Assembly (NCBI GenBank): GCA_043810925.1
Contig: JBDRNT010000079.1
Span: 1-30,229, forward strand
DNA: 30,229 bases
Direction: 5' to 3'
From: Candidatus Eiseniibacteriota bacterium
Lineage (GTDB): Bacteria > Arandabacterota > Arandabacteria > Arandabacterales > Arandabacteraceae
How positions within the stretch are numbered: position 1 is the stretch's first letter; the number at the start of each line of letters is the position of its first letter. This document shows, in pieces, positions 17,068 to 25,421 of this stretch. The position numbers were made by a program, and so were the translations under genes. The notes below the pieces were generated by a model. The model was given only the letters and a program-made list of their open reading frames with translations, was not told the DNA's origin and ran no database searches.

Positions 17068-17385
17068 TTGCCCACGTATGACTACAAGTGTACCAAGTGT
17101 GGTTACACCTTCTCTGCCGAGCAGAGCATGCTCGACAAGCCCCTGGCCAGATGTCGCAAGTGCCGGGGGAAGCTGGCGAAGCTCCTTCCGCAGAGTATCA
17201 GTCTGATCTTCAAGGGATCCGGCTTTTACGCAACGGACTACAAGAAGTCGTCCGGGGGTGCGAAGGGGAGCAGAGAGCGCCGGAAGCCGATGGAAGAAGG
17301 AAAGAAGGGTAGCGGCAAAGATACGGCCGAGACCAAGACCGACAGGACCGACAAGACCGACAAGACCGACAAGAAGGAAACGTAA
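17068..17385 (+). CDS. FmdB-family zinc-ribbon protein
   Basis: TTG start follows AAGGAGG. 'MPTYDYKCTKCG..F..EQSM......C.KC.G.L.KL.....LIFKGSGFYATDY' plus a Lys-rich tail. Confidence 0.92.
   Translation: MPTYDYKCTKCGYTFSAEQSMLDKPLARCRKCRGKLAKLLPQSISLIFKGSGFYATDYKKSSGGAKGSRERRKPMEEGKKGSGKDTAETKTDRTDKTDKTDKKET
17338..17373 (+). repeat. in-frame 9-bp tandem repeat (ACCGACA[G/A]G)x4
   Basis: acc gac agg followed by (acc gac aag)x3, encoding TDR-TDK-TDK-TDK. Confidence 0.9.
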
Positions 17386-17427
17386 GGCGGATTCGACCGG
17401 AACTGTTACCCTGTGATCACGCCCCGC

Positions 17428-17865
17428 TTACTTGGCCCAGTGTTTCCTGGCTATCTCGGCCAGGATTCTTTCGATCTGCTCCTTGATTCTCGCCTCCGCG
17501 CTGGGCTCGAAGAAAGCCTTCTGAATGCGGCCGAGATCATCCTTCTTGACATAGCGAAGCGACTTGACCGCCTCCATCGGCAGCAGTATGTCTTTGGAGA
17601 CCCTGACCTCGAGAGGTTTGCCGTCCGCCATGGTCTTGGGGTTATTGAAAGGATTCATACCCATGGCCCAGCCGTGGGCCAGCATGCCACAAAACGCGAT
17701 TCTCAGCTTGTGCCAGTCCGCCTTTGATATGTCCGGCATCTCGGCAACCAGTTTATCAATGAGACCATCGACGACCGCAGCTCCCTGTTTCGATACCCTT
17801 GCATCAAGCGGGATCTTCACAAGATTGACAAACATGTGGCCTATTATCTTACGCGTTTCTGACAT
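17428..17865 (-). CDS. hypothetical protein (145 aa)
   Basis: ATG follows a GAGGAG SD. Protein-like composition and it fills the gap between neighbours. No family recognised. Confidence 0.7.
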   Translation of the reverse strand: MSETRKIIGHMFVNLVKIPLDARVSKQGAAVVDGLIDKLVAEMPDISKADWHKLRIAFCGMLAHGWAMGMNPFNNPKTMADGKPLEVRVSKDILLPMEAVKSLRYVKKDDLGRIQKAFFEPSAEARIKEQIERILAEIARKHWAK

Positions 17866-17916
17866 GACTTGCTCCTCTTCGGGTTCCCTGTTCAGGTAGT
17901 TGCGTTCTATACTTAG

Positions 17917-17944
17917 TAATCGGCAGATCGTCTTACGGCTTTGA
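17917..17944 (-). promoter_or_regulatory. putative sigma28-type promoter
   Basis: Minus strand TCAAA, 15-nt spacer, GCCGATTA, ending 51 nt upstream of ATG 17865. Confidence 0.5.
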
Positions 17945-17955
17945 GCAAAATCACA

Positions 17956-17984
17956 TTGACATCGCGATCTAAATGTTGAAGAAT
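17956..17984 (+). promoter_or_regulatory. putative sigma70 promoter of the hypothetical-bamD-nadD unit
   Basis: Perfect TTGACA (17956-17961), 17-nt spacer, imperfect -10 AAGAAT. Confidence 0.4.
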
Positions 17985-18039
17985 ATGATCACAGGTTCAG
18001 GGTTTCTGTCAAGGACTAACGAAAACGAGGGGTTGTTAT

Positions 18040-18690
18040 ATGGGTAAGCTGGCCACCGGGTTTCTGACCGGTATCGTTCTTCTCGGTTTGCAGTCGCTTT
18101 GTCTCGCCGATGACACGTATCTCACGAATCTTGAGCTTGTCGAGCGAGCGGTAAGGGCCGCCGTGGATTCGATGGACGTCGCCCCGCCCGGAAGCGGCAG
18201 ACCGAACCTTCAGATCAAGACCGGTTCCGGCGAGGATGCCTTGTGGCTGCTTGATAACGTCCTGAAGGGGAGACTTATAGCAATGGGGTGGAGGGTGCAG
18301 GCCGGTGGAGATGGGTCGGCCGAAGATTCAAGCCTGGAGACCGGTTACCTGCTCGACCTGCGGATCACAGACCTTGATCTTAACTACGGCAGGAGCTGGA
18401 GACGATATGTACTCGTGGGCAAGATCATCGAGAGAATCGCGAGGGTGTCTTTTTACTACGAGCTTGTTGATCGATCAGATGGACAGATCCTTGCGTCTTC
18501 AAATGCGAGGGCTGAGGTCAGAGACAACGTGCCGGCTTCGATGTTGCCGCTCCTGAGTGACAGTGAATACGGTTTTGCGTCCCCCGAGATGCAAAAGGGG
18601 CAGTGGGACCGCTATCTTGAGGGCGGGCTGGTTGTGGCAATCATCGGTGTACTCATCTATCTGTTCTATTCAAACAAGACCGCTTCCTGA
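18040..18690 (+). CDS. hypothetical exported protein with C-terminal transmembrane helix
   Basis: GAGGGG SD. N-terminal signal peptide. C-terminal 'WDRYLEGGLVVAIIGVLIYLFYSNK'. Confidence 0.8.
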   Translation: MGKLATGFLTGIVLLGLQSLCLADDTYLTNLELVERAVRAAVDSMDVAPPGSGRPNLQIKTGSGEDALWLLDNVLKGRLIAMGWRVQAGGDGSAEDSSLETGYLLDLRITDLDLNYGRSWRRYVLVGKIIERIARVSFYYELVDRSDGQILASSNARAEVRDNVPASMLPLLSDSEYGFASPEMQKGQWDRYLEGGLVVAIIGVLIYLFYSNKTAS

Positions 18691-18713
18691 TGACCCCTGG
18701 GAGAGATCGGTTC

Positions 18714-19496
18714 ATGTGTAGAAAACTGCTGTTTGTGGTTTCTCTTCTGACAGTTGCTGTGGTTGCCTGCTCAGGTGGGCGGGACAAGACAGCCGTGCGT
18801 CCGGAGGACCGTCTCCTGATCGCCGACAGGTTGCAGGGAGAGGGGAAGTACTCCAAGGCAATCATCGAGTATGAGCAGTTGCTTTCTGAGTTTCCCGCCC
18901 AGTCTGTCGCAGAACGGGCGGAGTTCAGCCTGGCCGGCTGCCGCATGGAAATCGGTGAGTATGACCTGGCAGTGCGTGACTTTGAGGATTTCATCGATTC
19001 CCACCCCGGGAGTGACCTCGTAGATAACGCTATGTATATGATTGCCTTGAGCTACATTGAGCAAGCGTCGCGCCCGGAGAGGGATCAGACGGAGCGGGTG
19101 AAGGCATTGAGCGAGCTCAATCTCCTGCTTCGGGAGTATCCGGAGACCGATCTCAGGCAAGATGCCGAGCAACGCATGGCCGAGTGCAGATCGACACTGG
19201 CTGAGAAGGAGTATCTCAGCGGCGATCTTTACCTGAAGCTCGGCCATTACGAGTCTGCCCGCATCTATTTCGACAGCGTCCTCAAGGAGTACGGTGATAC
19301 TCCCTGGGCCCAGCAGGCGTTGCTCGGAAGGGGAACGGCGCTGGTCGGCGAGGGCAAACTCAGCGAGGCAAAACTTGCCTATGAGAAACTGCTGAAAGAC
19401 TACCCGGCAAGTCCCGCGGGTAATCGGGCGGCCCGGAGACTGAAGGAGCTCAGAGGTGCAATCAAGAGCCAGACGGAAACTTCCTCAAGCGAGTGA
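18714..19496 (+). CDS. bamD: outer membrane protein assembly factor BamD (TPR lipoprotein)
   Basis: Lipobox VVAC. TPR repeats 'FEDFIDSHPGS..VDNAMYMIALSY'. BamD motifs 'PERDQT', 'LAEKEYLSGDLYLK' and 'ARIYFDSVLKEYGDT'. Confidence 0.88.
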   Translation: MCRKLLFVVSLLTVAVVACSGGRDKTAVRPEDRLLIADRLQGEGKYSKAIIEYEQLLSEFPAQSVAERAEFSLAGCRMEIGEYDLAVRDFEDFIDSHPGSDLVDNAMYMIALSYIEQASRPERDQTERVKALSELNLLLREYPETDLRQDAEQRMAECRSTLAEKEYLSGDLYLKLGHYESARIYFDSVLKEYGDTPWAQQALLGRGTALVGEGKLSEAKLAYEKLLKDYPASPAGNRAARRLKELRGAIKSQTETSSSE

Positions 19497-20097
19497 TGTA
19501 AGCCGCCTCGGCATGTTCGGCGGGACCTTCGACCCCATCCATTATGGACACCTGATTTGTGCAGAGCAGTTGCGTGAAGCCCTTAATCTTGATCTGGTCA
19601 TGTTTATCCCGTCGAGCAGTCCGCCGCATAAGCCTGATTACTCGGCCACATCCGCCTCACACAGGCTTGAAATGGTGAGGTTGGCGATTGAGGGCTGCGA
19701 CCATTTCGTGGCCTCAGACATCGAGGTCCTGAAGGGCGGCGTCTCCTACACGGTCGATACCGTGAGGGAGGTCAGGGCATCTTACGGAAACGACGTCAAT
19801 CTCTGGCTGCTGTTGGGGATGGACGCCTATCTTGATCTTCCGACATGGAAGGAGCCTGACGTTATAGCGGCCGAGTGTTCCTTCGCAGTTGCCTGCAGGC
19901 CCGGTTATGTGAACACCATAGACCCCGGGCAAGCCGTGGCAGGGAAGCGGTTTGTGGATATCACACTGGTCGAGATCTCGTCGACCGGTATACGTGAACG
20001 TCTGTCTGATGGCCGGAGCATCAGGTTTCTTGTCCCCGAGAGCGTCGAGCGGTATATCAAACACCACAAACCATATCCGTCTGCATCTAAAGATTAG
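19456..20097 (+). CDS. nadD: nicotinate-nucleotide adenylyltransferase
   Basis: 'GMFGGTFDPIHYGHL', 'PPHK', 'SYTVDT', 'LGMDA...TWK' and 'ISSTGIRER'. GTG 19456 follows AAGGAG; the start is uncertain. Confidence 0.95.
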   Translation: MQSRARRKLPQASDVSRLGMFGGTFDPIHYGHLICAEQLREALNLDLVMFIPSSSPPHKPDYSATSASHRLEMVRLAIEGCDHFVASDIEVLKGGVSYTVDTVREVRASYGNDVNLWLLLGMDAYLDLPTWKEPDVIAAECSFAVACRPGYVNTIDPGQAVAGKRFVDITLVEISSTGIRERLSDGRSIRFLVPESVERYIKHHKPYPSASKD

Positions 20098-20128
20098 AAG
20101 CCCATGAACCATGCCCGGCACGGAGGTG

Positions 20129-20157
20129 TTGACGGGGGATGGCGATTGTGATAACTT
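20129..20157 (+). promoter_or_regulatory. sigma70 promoter of the oxidoreductase operon
   Basis: TTGACG, 17-nt spacer, TAACTT with an extended TGn. Confidence 0.65.
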
Positions 20158-20205
20158 TAAGAGGTTTACTCATGTTTCTGGTTTACCCCATCGGGAGACG
20201 AAGAC

Positions 20206-20409
20206 ATGCCTGAGATAAAAGTCGACAAGGAACGGTGCAAGGGTTGTGAATTCTGCGTACTTTACTGTCCGAAGAAATCAATAAGCCTGTCGGCGAGCTT
20301 CAACTCGAAGGGCTATCACTATCCGGAGTGTACCGATCCCGAATCATGTACGGGCTGTGCGATGTGCGGACGGATCTGTCCTGAGGTGGCGATAGAGGTC
20401 TACAAATAG
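20206..20409 (+). CDS. 2x[4Fe-4S] ferredoxin, delta subunit of 2-oxoacid:ferredoxin oxidoreductase
   Basis: Two CxxCxxCxxxCP motifs (CKGCEFCVLYCP and CTGCAMCGRICP). Confidence 0.95.
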   Translation: MPEIKVDKERCKGCEFCVLYCPKKSISLSASFNSKGYHYPECTDPESCTGCAMCGRICPEVAIEVYK

Positions 20410-20429
20410 GAGAAAGATGGAGGACTCAG

Positions 20430-21527
20430 ATGGGTGAAGAACGCCTGCTAATGAAGGGTAATGAGGCTATCGGTGAGGCTGCCTTGAAGGCAGGTTGCCG
20501 CTTCTACGCGGGGTACCCCATCACTCCTCAGAATGAGCTGACCGAATATATGTCGAGGCGTATGCCTGAAGAGGGTGGGACCTTCGTCCAGGCCGAGAGT
20601 GAAATAGCTGCCATAAACATGGTCTACGGGGCCTCTGCGGCCGGTGCGCGAACGATGACCTCTTCGTCGGGACCCGGTATCAGCCTCAAGCAGGAAGGTA
20701 TCTCATATCTGTGCGGTGCCGAGCTTCCCTGCTTCTATGCCAATATCGTGCGTGGGGGGCCCGGATTGGGCAATATTGCGCCCGCACAGTCGGACTACTT
20801 CCAGTCCACGCGAGGTGGGGGCCACGGGGATTACCGGGTGGTGGTGTTCGCCCCGAGCACCGTACAGGAGCTGGTCGATCTGACAATGCTCGGGTTTGAA
20901 GTGGCCGACCGCTACAACAACCCCTCAATGCTTCTCGGTGACGGCATACTGGGCCAGATGATGGAACCGGTCGTGATGAGGGATGCCGTCAAGTACGACG
21001 CGAGTGCGAAGACGGGGTGGGCGCTGGGAAACTCGGAAGGTCGGGAGCGGCACATGATTACCTCAGTCAGACTTGCACCGGGCACGCTCGAGCGGCACAA
21101 CGTACATCTCAGGAAGAAGTACCTGGAGATCGAGAAAAAAGAGGTCCTCTACGAGCTCTACGAAGTTGAGGATGCCGATGTTGTGATAATCGCCTACGGT
21201 ACGGCCGCAAGGGTGGCCAAGTCGGCGGTGACGGCGGCGAGGGAAAGGGGTGGTATCAAGCTCGGTCTCTTAAGACCGATCACGCTCTGGCCGTTTCCCA
21301 CCAAGGCCGTGGCCGACCTTGCCGGGGACAAGCAGGACATCCTGGTTACGGAAATGAGTTTCGGGCAGCTTCATGAGGACGTCAGGCTCGCCGTATGCGG
21401 CAAGGCCAAGGTGTCGCTGCTGGCCCGCACGGGTGGAGGAGTGCCCACTGAAAATGAGATCATAGATGCCGCCGGGAAGTGCGTAGCATCGAGTGAACCG
21501 GTTGAGATATATCCTGTATTCGATTGA
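20430..21527 (+). CDS. vorB: 2-oxoacid:ferredoxin oxidoreductase alpha-type subunit (VorB-like, 3-methyl-2-oxobutanoate dehydrogenase)
   Basis: 'MKGNEAIGEAA', 'GYPITPQ', 'QAESEIAA', 'TSSSGPGISLKQEG' and 'RGGPGLGNIAPAQSDYFQ..RGGGHGDY'. Confidence 0.9.
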   Translation: MGEERLLMKGNEAIGEAALKAGCRFYAGYPITPQNELTEYMSRRMPEEGGTFVQAESEIAAINMVYGASAAGARTMTSSSGPGISLKQEGISYLCGAELPCFYANIVRGGPGLGNIAPAQSDYFQSTRGGGHGDYRVVVFAPSTVQELVDLTMLGFEVADRYNNPSMLLGDGILGQMMEPVVMRDAVKYDASAKTGWALGNSEGRERHMITSVRLAPGTLERHNVHLRKKYLEIEKKEVLYELYEVEDADVVIIAYGTAARVAKSAVTAARERGGIKLGLLRPITLWPFPTKAVADLAGDKQDILVTEMSFGQLHEDVRLAVCGKAKVSLLARTGGGVPTENEIIDAAGKCVASSEPVEIYPVFD

Positions 21528-21548
21528 AACCTACAGGAGGTGAAGAAC

Positions 21549-22310
21549 TTGGAGAAGGTCTTTGGGAAACCCGAGAGTCTGAGTGACAGGCCGTTTACCT
21601 ATTGCCCCGGTTGCGCACACAGCCTGATCCACCGTCTGACCGCCGAGGCGATAGACGATCTTGGTGTGATGCCGCGGTGCATAGGTGTTGCATCGGTGGG
21701 ATGCTCGGTGTTCTCTGACTTGTACTTCAATTTTGACTTCATCCAGGCGGCGCACGGCCGGGCTCCAGCGGTGGCCACCGGTATCAAGCGGGTGAAACCG
21801 GATTGCGTGTTGTTCACCCACCAGGGTGACGGTGACCTGGCCTCTATCGGAACGGCCGAGCTGATTCACAGCGCGAACAGAGGCGAGAAGATAACGATAA
21901 TCTTCGTGAATAATGCCATCTACGGCATGACGGGCGGCCAGATGGCGCCTACGACCCTGATAGGCATGAAGACGACGACATCACCACTCGGAAGACAGGC
22001 GGAGGGTGCAGGTTACCCTTTGAGAGTCTGCGAGCTGATACGTGAGCTCAGGGGTGTGGCTTATCTTGAGAGGACAGCCGTAAACAACCCGCAGAATGTC
22101 CTGAAGACCAAGCGCGCGCTCAAGAAGGCGTTTCAAGCCCAGCTGGACGGGTTGGGGTTCTCGCTTGTAGAGGTGGTTTCGCAGTGCCCCACCGGCTGGG
22201 GAATGTTGCCGAAGGACTCGCTTGAGTGGCTGGAGAAGGAGATGGGCGCCTACTTCCCGCTGGGTGTTTTCAAAGATGCCAGGGCCGAGGAGCCTCAGGA
22301 GGTTGCGTAA
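21549..22310 (+). CDS. 2-oxoacid:ferredoxin oxidoreductase beta (TPP-binding) subunit, VorA-like
   Basis: TTG 21549 follows AGGAGGTGA. Motifs 'YCPGCAH', 'VGC', 'HGRAPAVATG' and 'GDGDLASIG...NNAIYGMTGGQMAPTT'. Confidence 0.92.
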   Translation: MEKVFGKPESLSDRPFTYCPGCAHSLIHRLTAEAIDDLGVMPRCIGVASVGCSVFSDLYFNFDFIQAAHGRAPAVATGIKRVKPDCVLFTHQGDGDLASIGTAELIHSANRGEKITIIFVNNAIYGMTGGQMAPTTLIGMKTTTSPLGRQAEGAGYPLRVCELIRELRGVAYLERTAVNNPQNVLKTKRALKKAFQAQLDGLGFSLVEVVSQCPTGWGMLPKDSLEWLEKEMGAYFPLGVFKDARAEEPQEVA

Positions 22311-22329
22311 GAGCAGGAAGGGGGCTTTG

Positions 22330-22866
22330 ATGACGACCAGAGTGATTATGGCCGGGTTTGGAGGGCAGGGAGTCGTTCTAATGGGGACGCTTCTGTCATA
22401 CTCCGCCATGGTACAAGGCAAGCATACGACATTTTTCCCTTCCTACGGTGCGGAAATGCGGGGAGGGACCGCCAACTGCTCGGTCATCGTCTCGGACAAT
22501 GAAATCCCATCTCCGGTGGTCAATGAACCCGACTGTGTGATTGCCATGAATATAGCGTCATTGGACAAGTTCGAAAGCCAGGTGAAGCCCGGCGGGACCT
22601 TGTTTGTCAACTCCTCGCTTGTAAAGAAGAAAGCAACCAGAGACGACATCGAGGAGATCAGGGTACCGGCCAATGAGATCGCCGAAGAGCTCGGCGCCGC
22701 CAAAGCTGCCAACATGGTCATGCTCGGGTGCGTGTTAAGGAAGACCGGGGCTGTTGCTCTTGATTCGGCGGTCAAGAGTCTTGAGAAAGTCCTTTCAGAA
22801 AGGGCGATGGCGCTCCTCGAGGTCAACAAGAAAGCCCTTCAGAGAGGATTCGAAGAGGTCTCCTAG
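22330..22866 (+). CDS. 2-oxoacid:ferredoxin oxidoreductase gamma subunit
   Basis: 'IMAGFGGQGV', 'PSYGAEMRGGTANCSV' and 'ANMVMLG'. Confidence 0.93.
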   Translation: MTTRVIMAGFGGQGVVLMGTLLSYSAMVQGKHTTFFPSYGAEMRGGTANCSVIVSDNEIPSPVVNEPDCVIAMNIASLDKFESQVKPGGTLFVNSSLVKKKATRDDIEEIRVPANEIAEELGAAKAANMVMLGCVLRKTGAVALDSAVKSLEKVLSERAMALLEVNKKALQRGFEEVS

Positions 22867-22919
22867 ATCAATCACTTGCAATCTTCTGCCCCCATCATCC
22901 TGGTAGCGAGGTACATCTC

Positions 22920-25421
22920 TTGACCTGTGGTCTTAACGGCAAACCTGTATCCCAAGTGGTCCGCGAGGTTACGCGACCGGGCAGGTACTGCGGCAATGAG
23001 ATGAACTTTCCGCAGAAACGCCGCGGACGGCTGAAGTTCCTCCTGTGTTTCCCGGATCTCTACGATATAGGTATGTCGAACATGGGACTCAGGATCCTCT
23101 ATCACACCTTGAACGCCCACCCGGACGTGATGGCGGATTTCGCGTTTGCCCCCTGGGTGGATATGGAGGCATTCATGCGAAGGGAGAATGTCCCATTGTC
23201 GGGTGTCGGGACGGGGGTTAGAGCACGCGAGTTCGATGTTCTCGGTTTCTCGCTTCAGCATGAGCTCCAATACACAAATGTTCTTACGATGCTCGATCTG
23301 GCCGGGATTCCGCTGCTTGCCGCCGATCGCGGCGAGGGCGATCCGGTTGTGGTTGCCGGGGGGCCGTGCGCCTTTAACACCGAGCCGATGTCGGACTTCA
23401 TCGATGCTTTCGGAATAGGTGACGGGGAGACCGTATGCGTGGATATCGCCCGGACCGTTCAAAGTGCCGGATCCGGTGGTGCTTCGAGGCTCAAGATGCT
23501 TGAGATGCTCTCCGAGGTGGACGGCGTATACGTGCCTTGCGTTCAGGCGAACGAGCGGGCATCACTCAAGATACGGAGGCGGATTGAGCCTGTACTCCGG
23601 GATGAAGATTTTCCTTATCCGCCGATAGTCCCCATCATCCCCATCACGCACGACAGGCTTACGCTCGAGATAATGCGCGGTTGTACACGGGGATGTCGTT
23701 TCTGCTCTGCAGGGATGCTTACAAGACCGGTAAGAGAGAGAAGCGCGGATTCCGTCGTGGGGCTGGCGGAAAGAGGCATTGATGCCAGCGGTTGGGACGA
23801 GGTTTCGCTTGTTTCGTTATCGACATCGGACTACGATGATCTGGCCCTCCTGGTCGGGAAACTCACACGGGTTCTCGCTGAGAGGCGCGTGAGTATATCG
23901 CTCCCGTCGATGCGGCCCGGTGCGTTCTCAGATGAGATCGCGAGGCTCATAGGCAGGACCAAGAAGACAGGGCTCGCGTTTGCGCCCGAGGCTGGGAGCC
24001 TTGACCTCAGGAACGCCATCAACAAGAACGTCGATGAGAATGAGCTCTTCACGACCGTTGAGACGGCTTTCAGGAACAACTGGGATTCCGTCAAACTCTA
24101 CTTCATGGTCGGGCTGCCCTATGAGACCGAGGGTGACATGGATGGGCTCGTGAGGATGGTGAGATCGGTCGAATCCATTTGCAGAGGCTACGGTAAGCGA
24201 AGGAAGATAACAGTGTCGCTCTCACCCTTCGTGCCGCGGCCCCATACACCGTTTCAGTGGGAGGCGCAGCAGCGGCCAGAGACCCTGATTGAACGGATCT
24301 CGCACGTGAGAAAGGGACTTCCCGACAGGCGGATCAAACTTAAGTGGCGGGACCCCTTCATGGCCCAGCTGGAGGGCCTGATTGCCCGTGGGGACAGCAG
24401 GCTGGGTGAGGTGATACTGCGTGCATGGAAAGCCGGATCCCGTTTTGACAGCTGGACGGATCGCTTCGACTATGACCTCTGGAGCCGGTGTCTCGATGAA
24501 TCGGGTATTGCCTTCGACAGCGGCTTCGAAGCACGAGACAGCTCAGAACCGCTGCCATGGGGGCACATCGATGGCGGTGTCTCCCGTGAGTTTCTACTGC
24601 GGGAAGTGGAGAAGTCGGCCTCACGGGAACTGACCCCTGATTGCAGGGATGGGACGTGCAGCGACTGCGGTGCCTGCCCAGATAAGAGACCGCCGGTGCG
24701 ACGTGAGGAGCGGGATCCCGGTCGTGCGGACCGGGTCCTTTCAGGTGATTCTGCCAGACGCAAGCCCGCCAGCGTCCGGATCAAGTTCAGAATAAGGTAC
24801 TCAAAGCAAGCGCAGATGAGGCTGGCCTCTCATCTCGATACCGTGAGGTGCATCCAGCGGGGGCTCCGCCGGTCGGGGGCGCCCGTGTGTTACTCCGAGG
24901 GTTTTTCGCCGCATCCGCGAATATCCTTTGGCCCGCCGCTCCCACTTGGTGCGGCCGGCGAGTCGGAGTGTCTTGATATCGTGTTTACGAGGATGCCCTC
25001 TAACGGCTGGATAGACAGACTCAACGACTGCCTGCCCAAAGGTCTCAGCATGATCGAGTCGCGGGTGATCGGGCTCAATTGCCCATCCCTGATGTGTCTG
25101 GTGAATGCTGCGGCATATTCGGTGGAGATAAGGGGCAACAGTGGTCCCCCGGGGGAGGAGCTTGCGAGCGGGATAGGAGAGGCGCTCTCGGAGCGCGGAA
25201 AGATTTTCAGCATGACTCACCGTGCTGAGGACGGTAGACTGGTTGTTGATTTCAAGGTGAGCATCGGGCCAGGTTCGCCCGGGCCCGAAAAAGTGATTGA
25301 AAAGATTCTGCGTGAATCGCAGGTCTGTTATGAGATAATGAGAAAGGACCTCTTCGTTGAGCAGGACGGTGTGTTCAGTCCGGCCTTCATGACGGAGAGA
25401 CAAGAGGAGAAGAAAGTTTGA
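22920..25421 (+). CDS. TIGR03960-family B12-binding radical SAM protein fused to a TIGR03936/DUF2344 domain
   Basis: 'RPGRYCGNE.N', 'FPDLYDIGMSNMG', 'GFSLQHEL', CxxxCxxC 'RGCTRGCRFC', 'FAPEAGS', 'KLYFMVGLP'. Linker 'DCRDGTCSDCGAC'. C-terminal 'SHLD...YSEGFSPHPRISFGPPLPLG..GESE'. Confidence 0.92.
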   Translation: MTCGLNGKPVSQVVREVTRPGRYCGNEMNFPQKRRGRLKFLLCFPDLYDIGMSNMGLRILYHTLNAHPDVMADFAFAPWVDMEAFMRRENVPLSGVGTGVRAREFDVLGFSLQHELQYTNVLTMLDLAGIPLLAADRGEGDPVVVAGGPCAFNTEPMSDFIDAFGIGDGETVCVDIARTVQSAGSGGASRLKMLEMLSEVDGVYVPCVQANERASLKIRRRIEPVLRDEDFPYPPIVPIIPITHDRLTLEIMRGCTRGCRFCSAGMLTRPVRERSADSVVGLAERGIDASGWDEVSLVSLSTSDYDDLALLVGKLTRVLAERRVSISLPSMRPGAFSDEIARLIGRTKKTGLAFAPEAGSLDLRNAINKNVDENELFTTVETAFRNNWDSVKLYFMVGLPYETEGDMDGLVRMVRSVESICRGYGKRRKITVSLSPFVPRPHTPFQWEAQQRPETLIERISHVRKGLPDRRIKLKWRDPFMAQLEGLIARGDSRLGEVILRAWKAGSRFDSWTDRFDYDLWSRCLDESGIAFDSGFEARDSSEPLPWGHIDGGVSREFLLREVEKSASRELTPDCRDGTCSDCGACPDKRPPVRREERDPGRADRVLSGDSARRKPASVRIKFRIRYSKQAQMRLASHLDTVRCIQRGLRRSGAPVCYSEGFSPHPRISFGPPLPLGAAGESECLDIVFTRMPSNGWIDRLNDCLPKGLSMIESRVIGLNCPSLMCLVNAAAYSVEIRGNSGPPGEELASGIGEALSERGKIFSMTHRAEDGRLVVDFKVSIGPGSPGPEKVIEKILRESQVCYEIMRKDLFVEQDGVFSPAFMTERQEEKKV

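Noticed and set aside
20146-20163. Possible Rex operator TTGTGATAACTTTAAGAG over the oxidoreductase -10 box
   Set aside because: Only the left half matches TTGTGAA-N4-TTCACAA, and the extended -10 element explains it.
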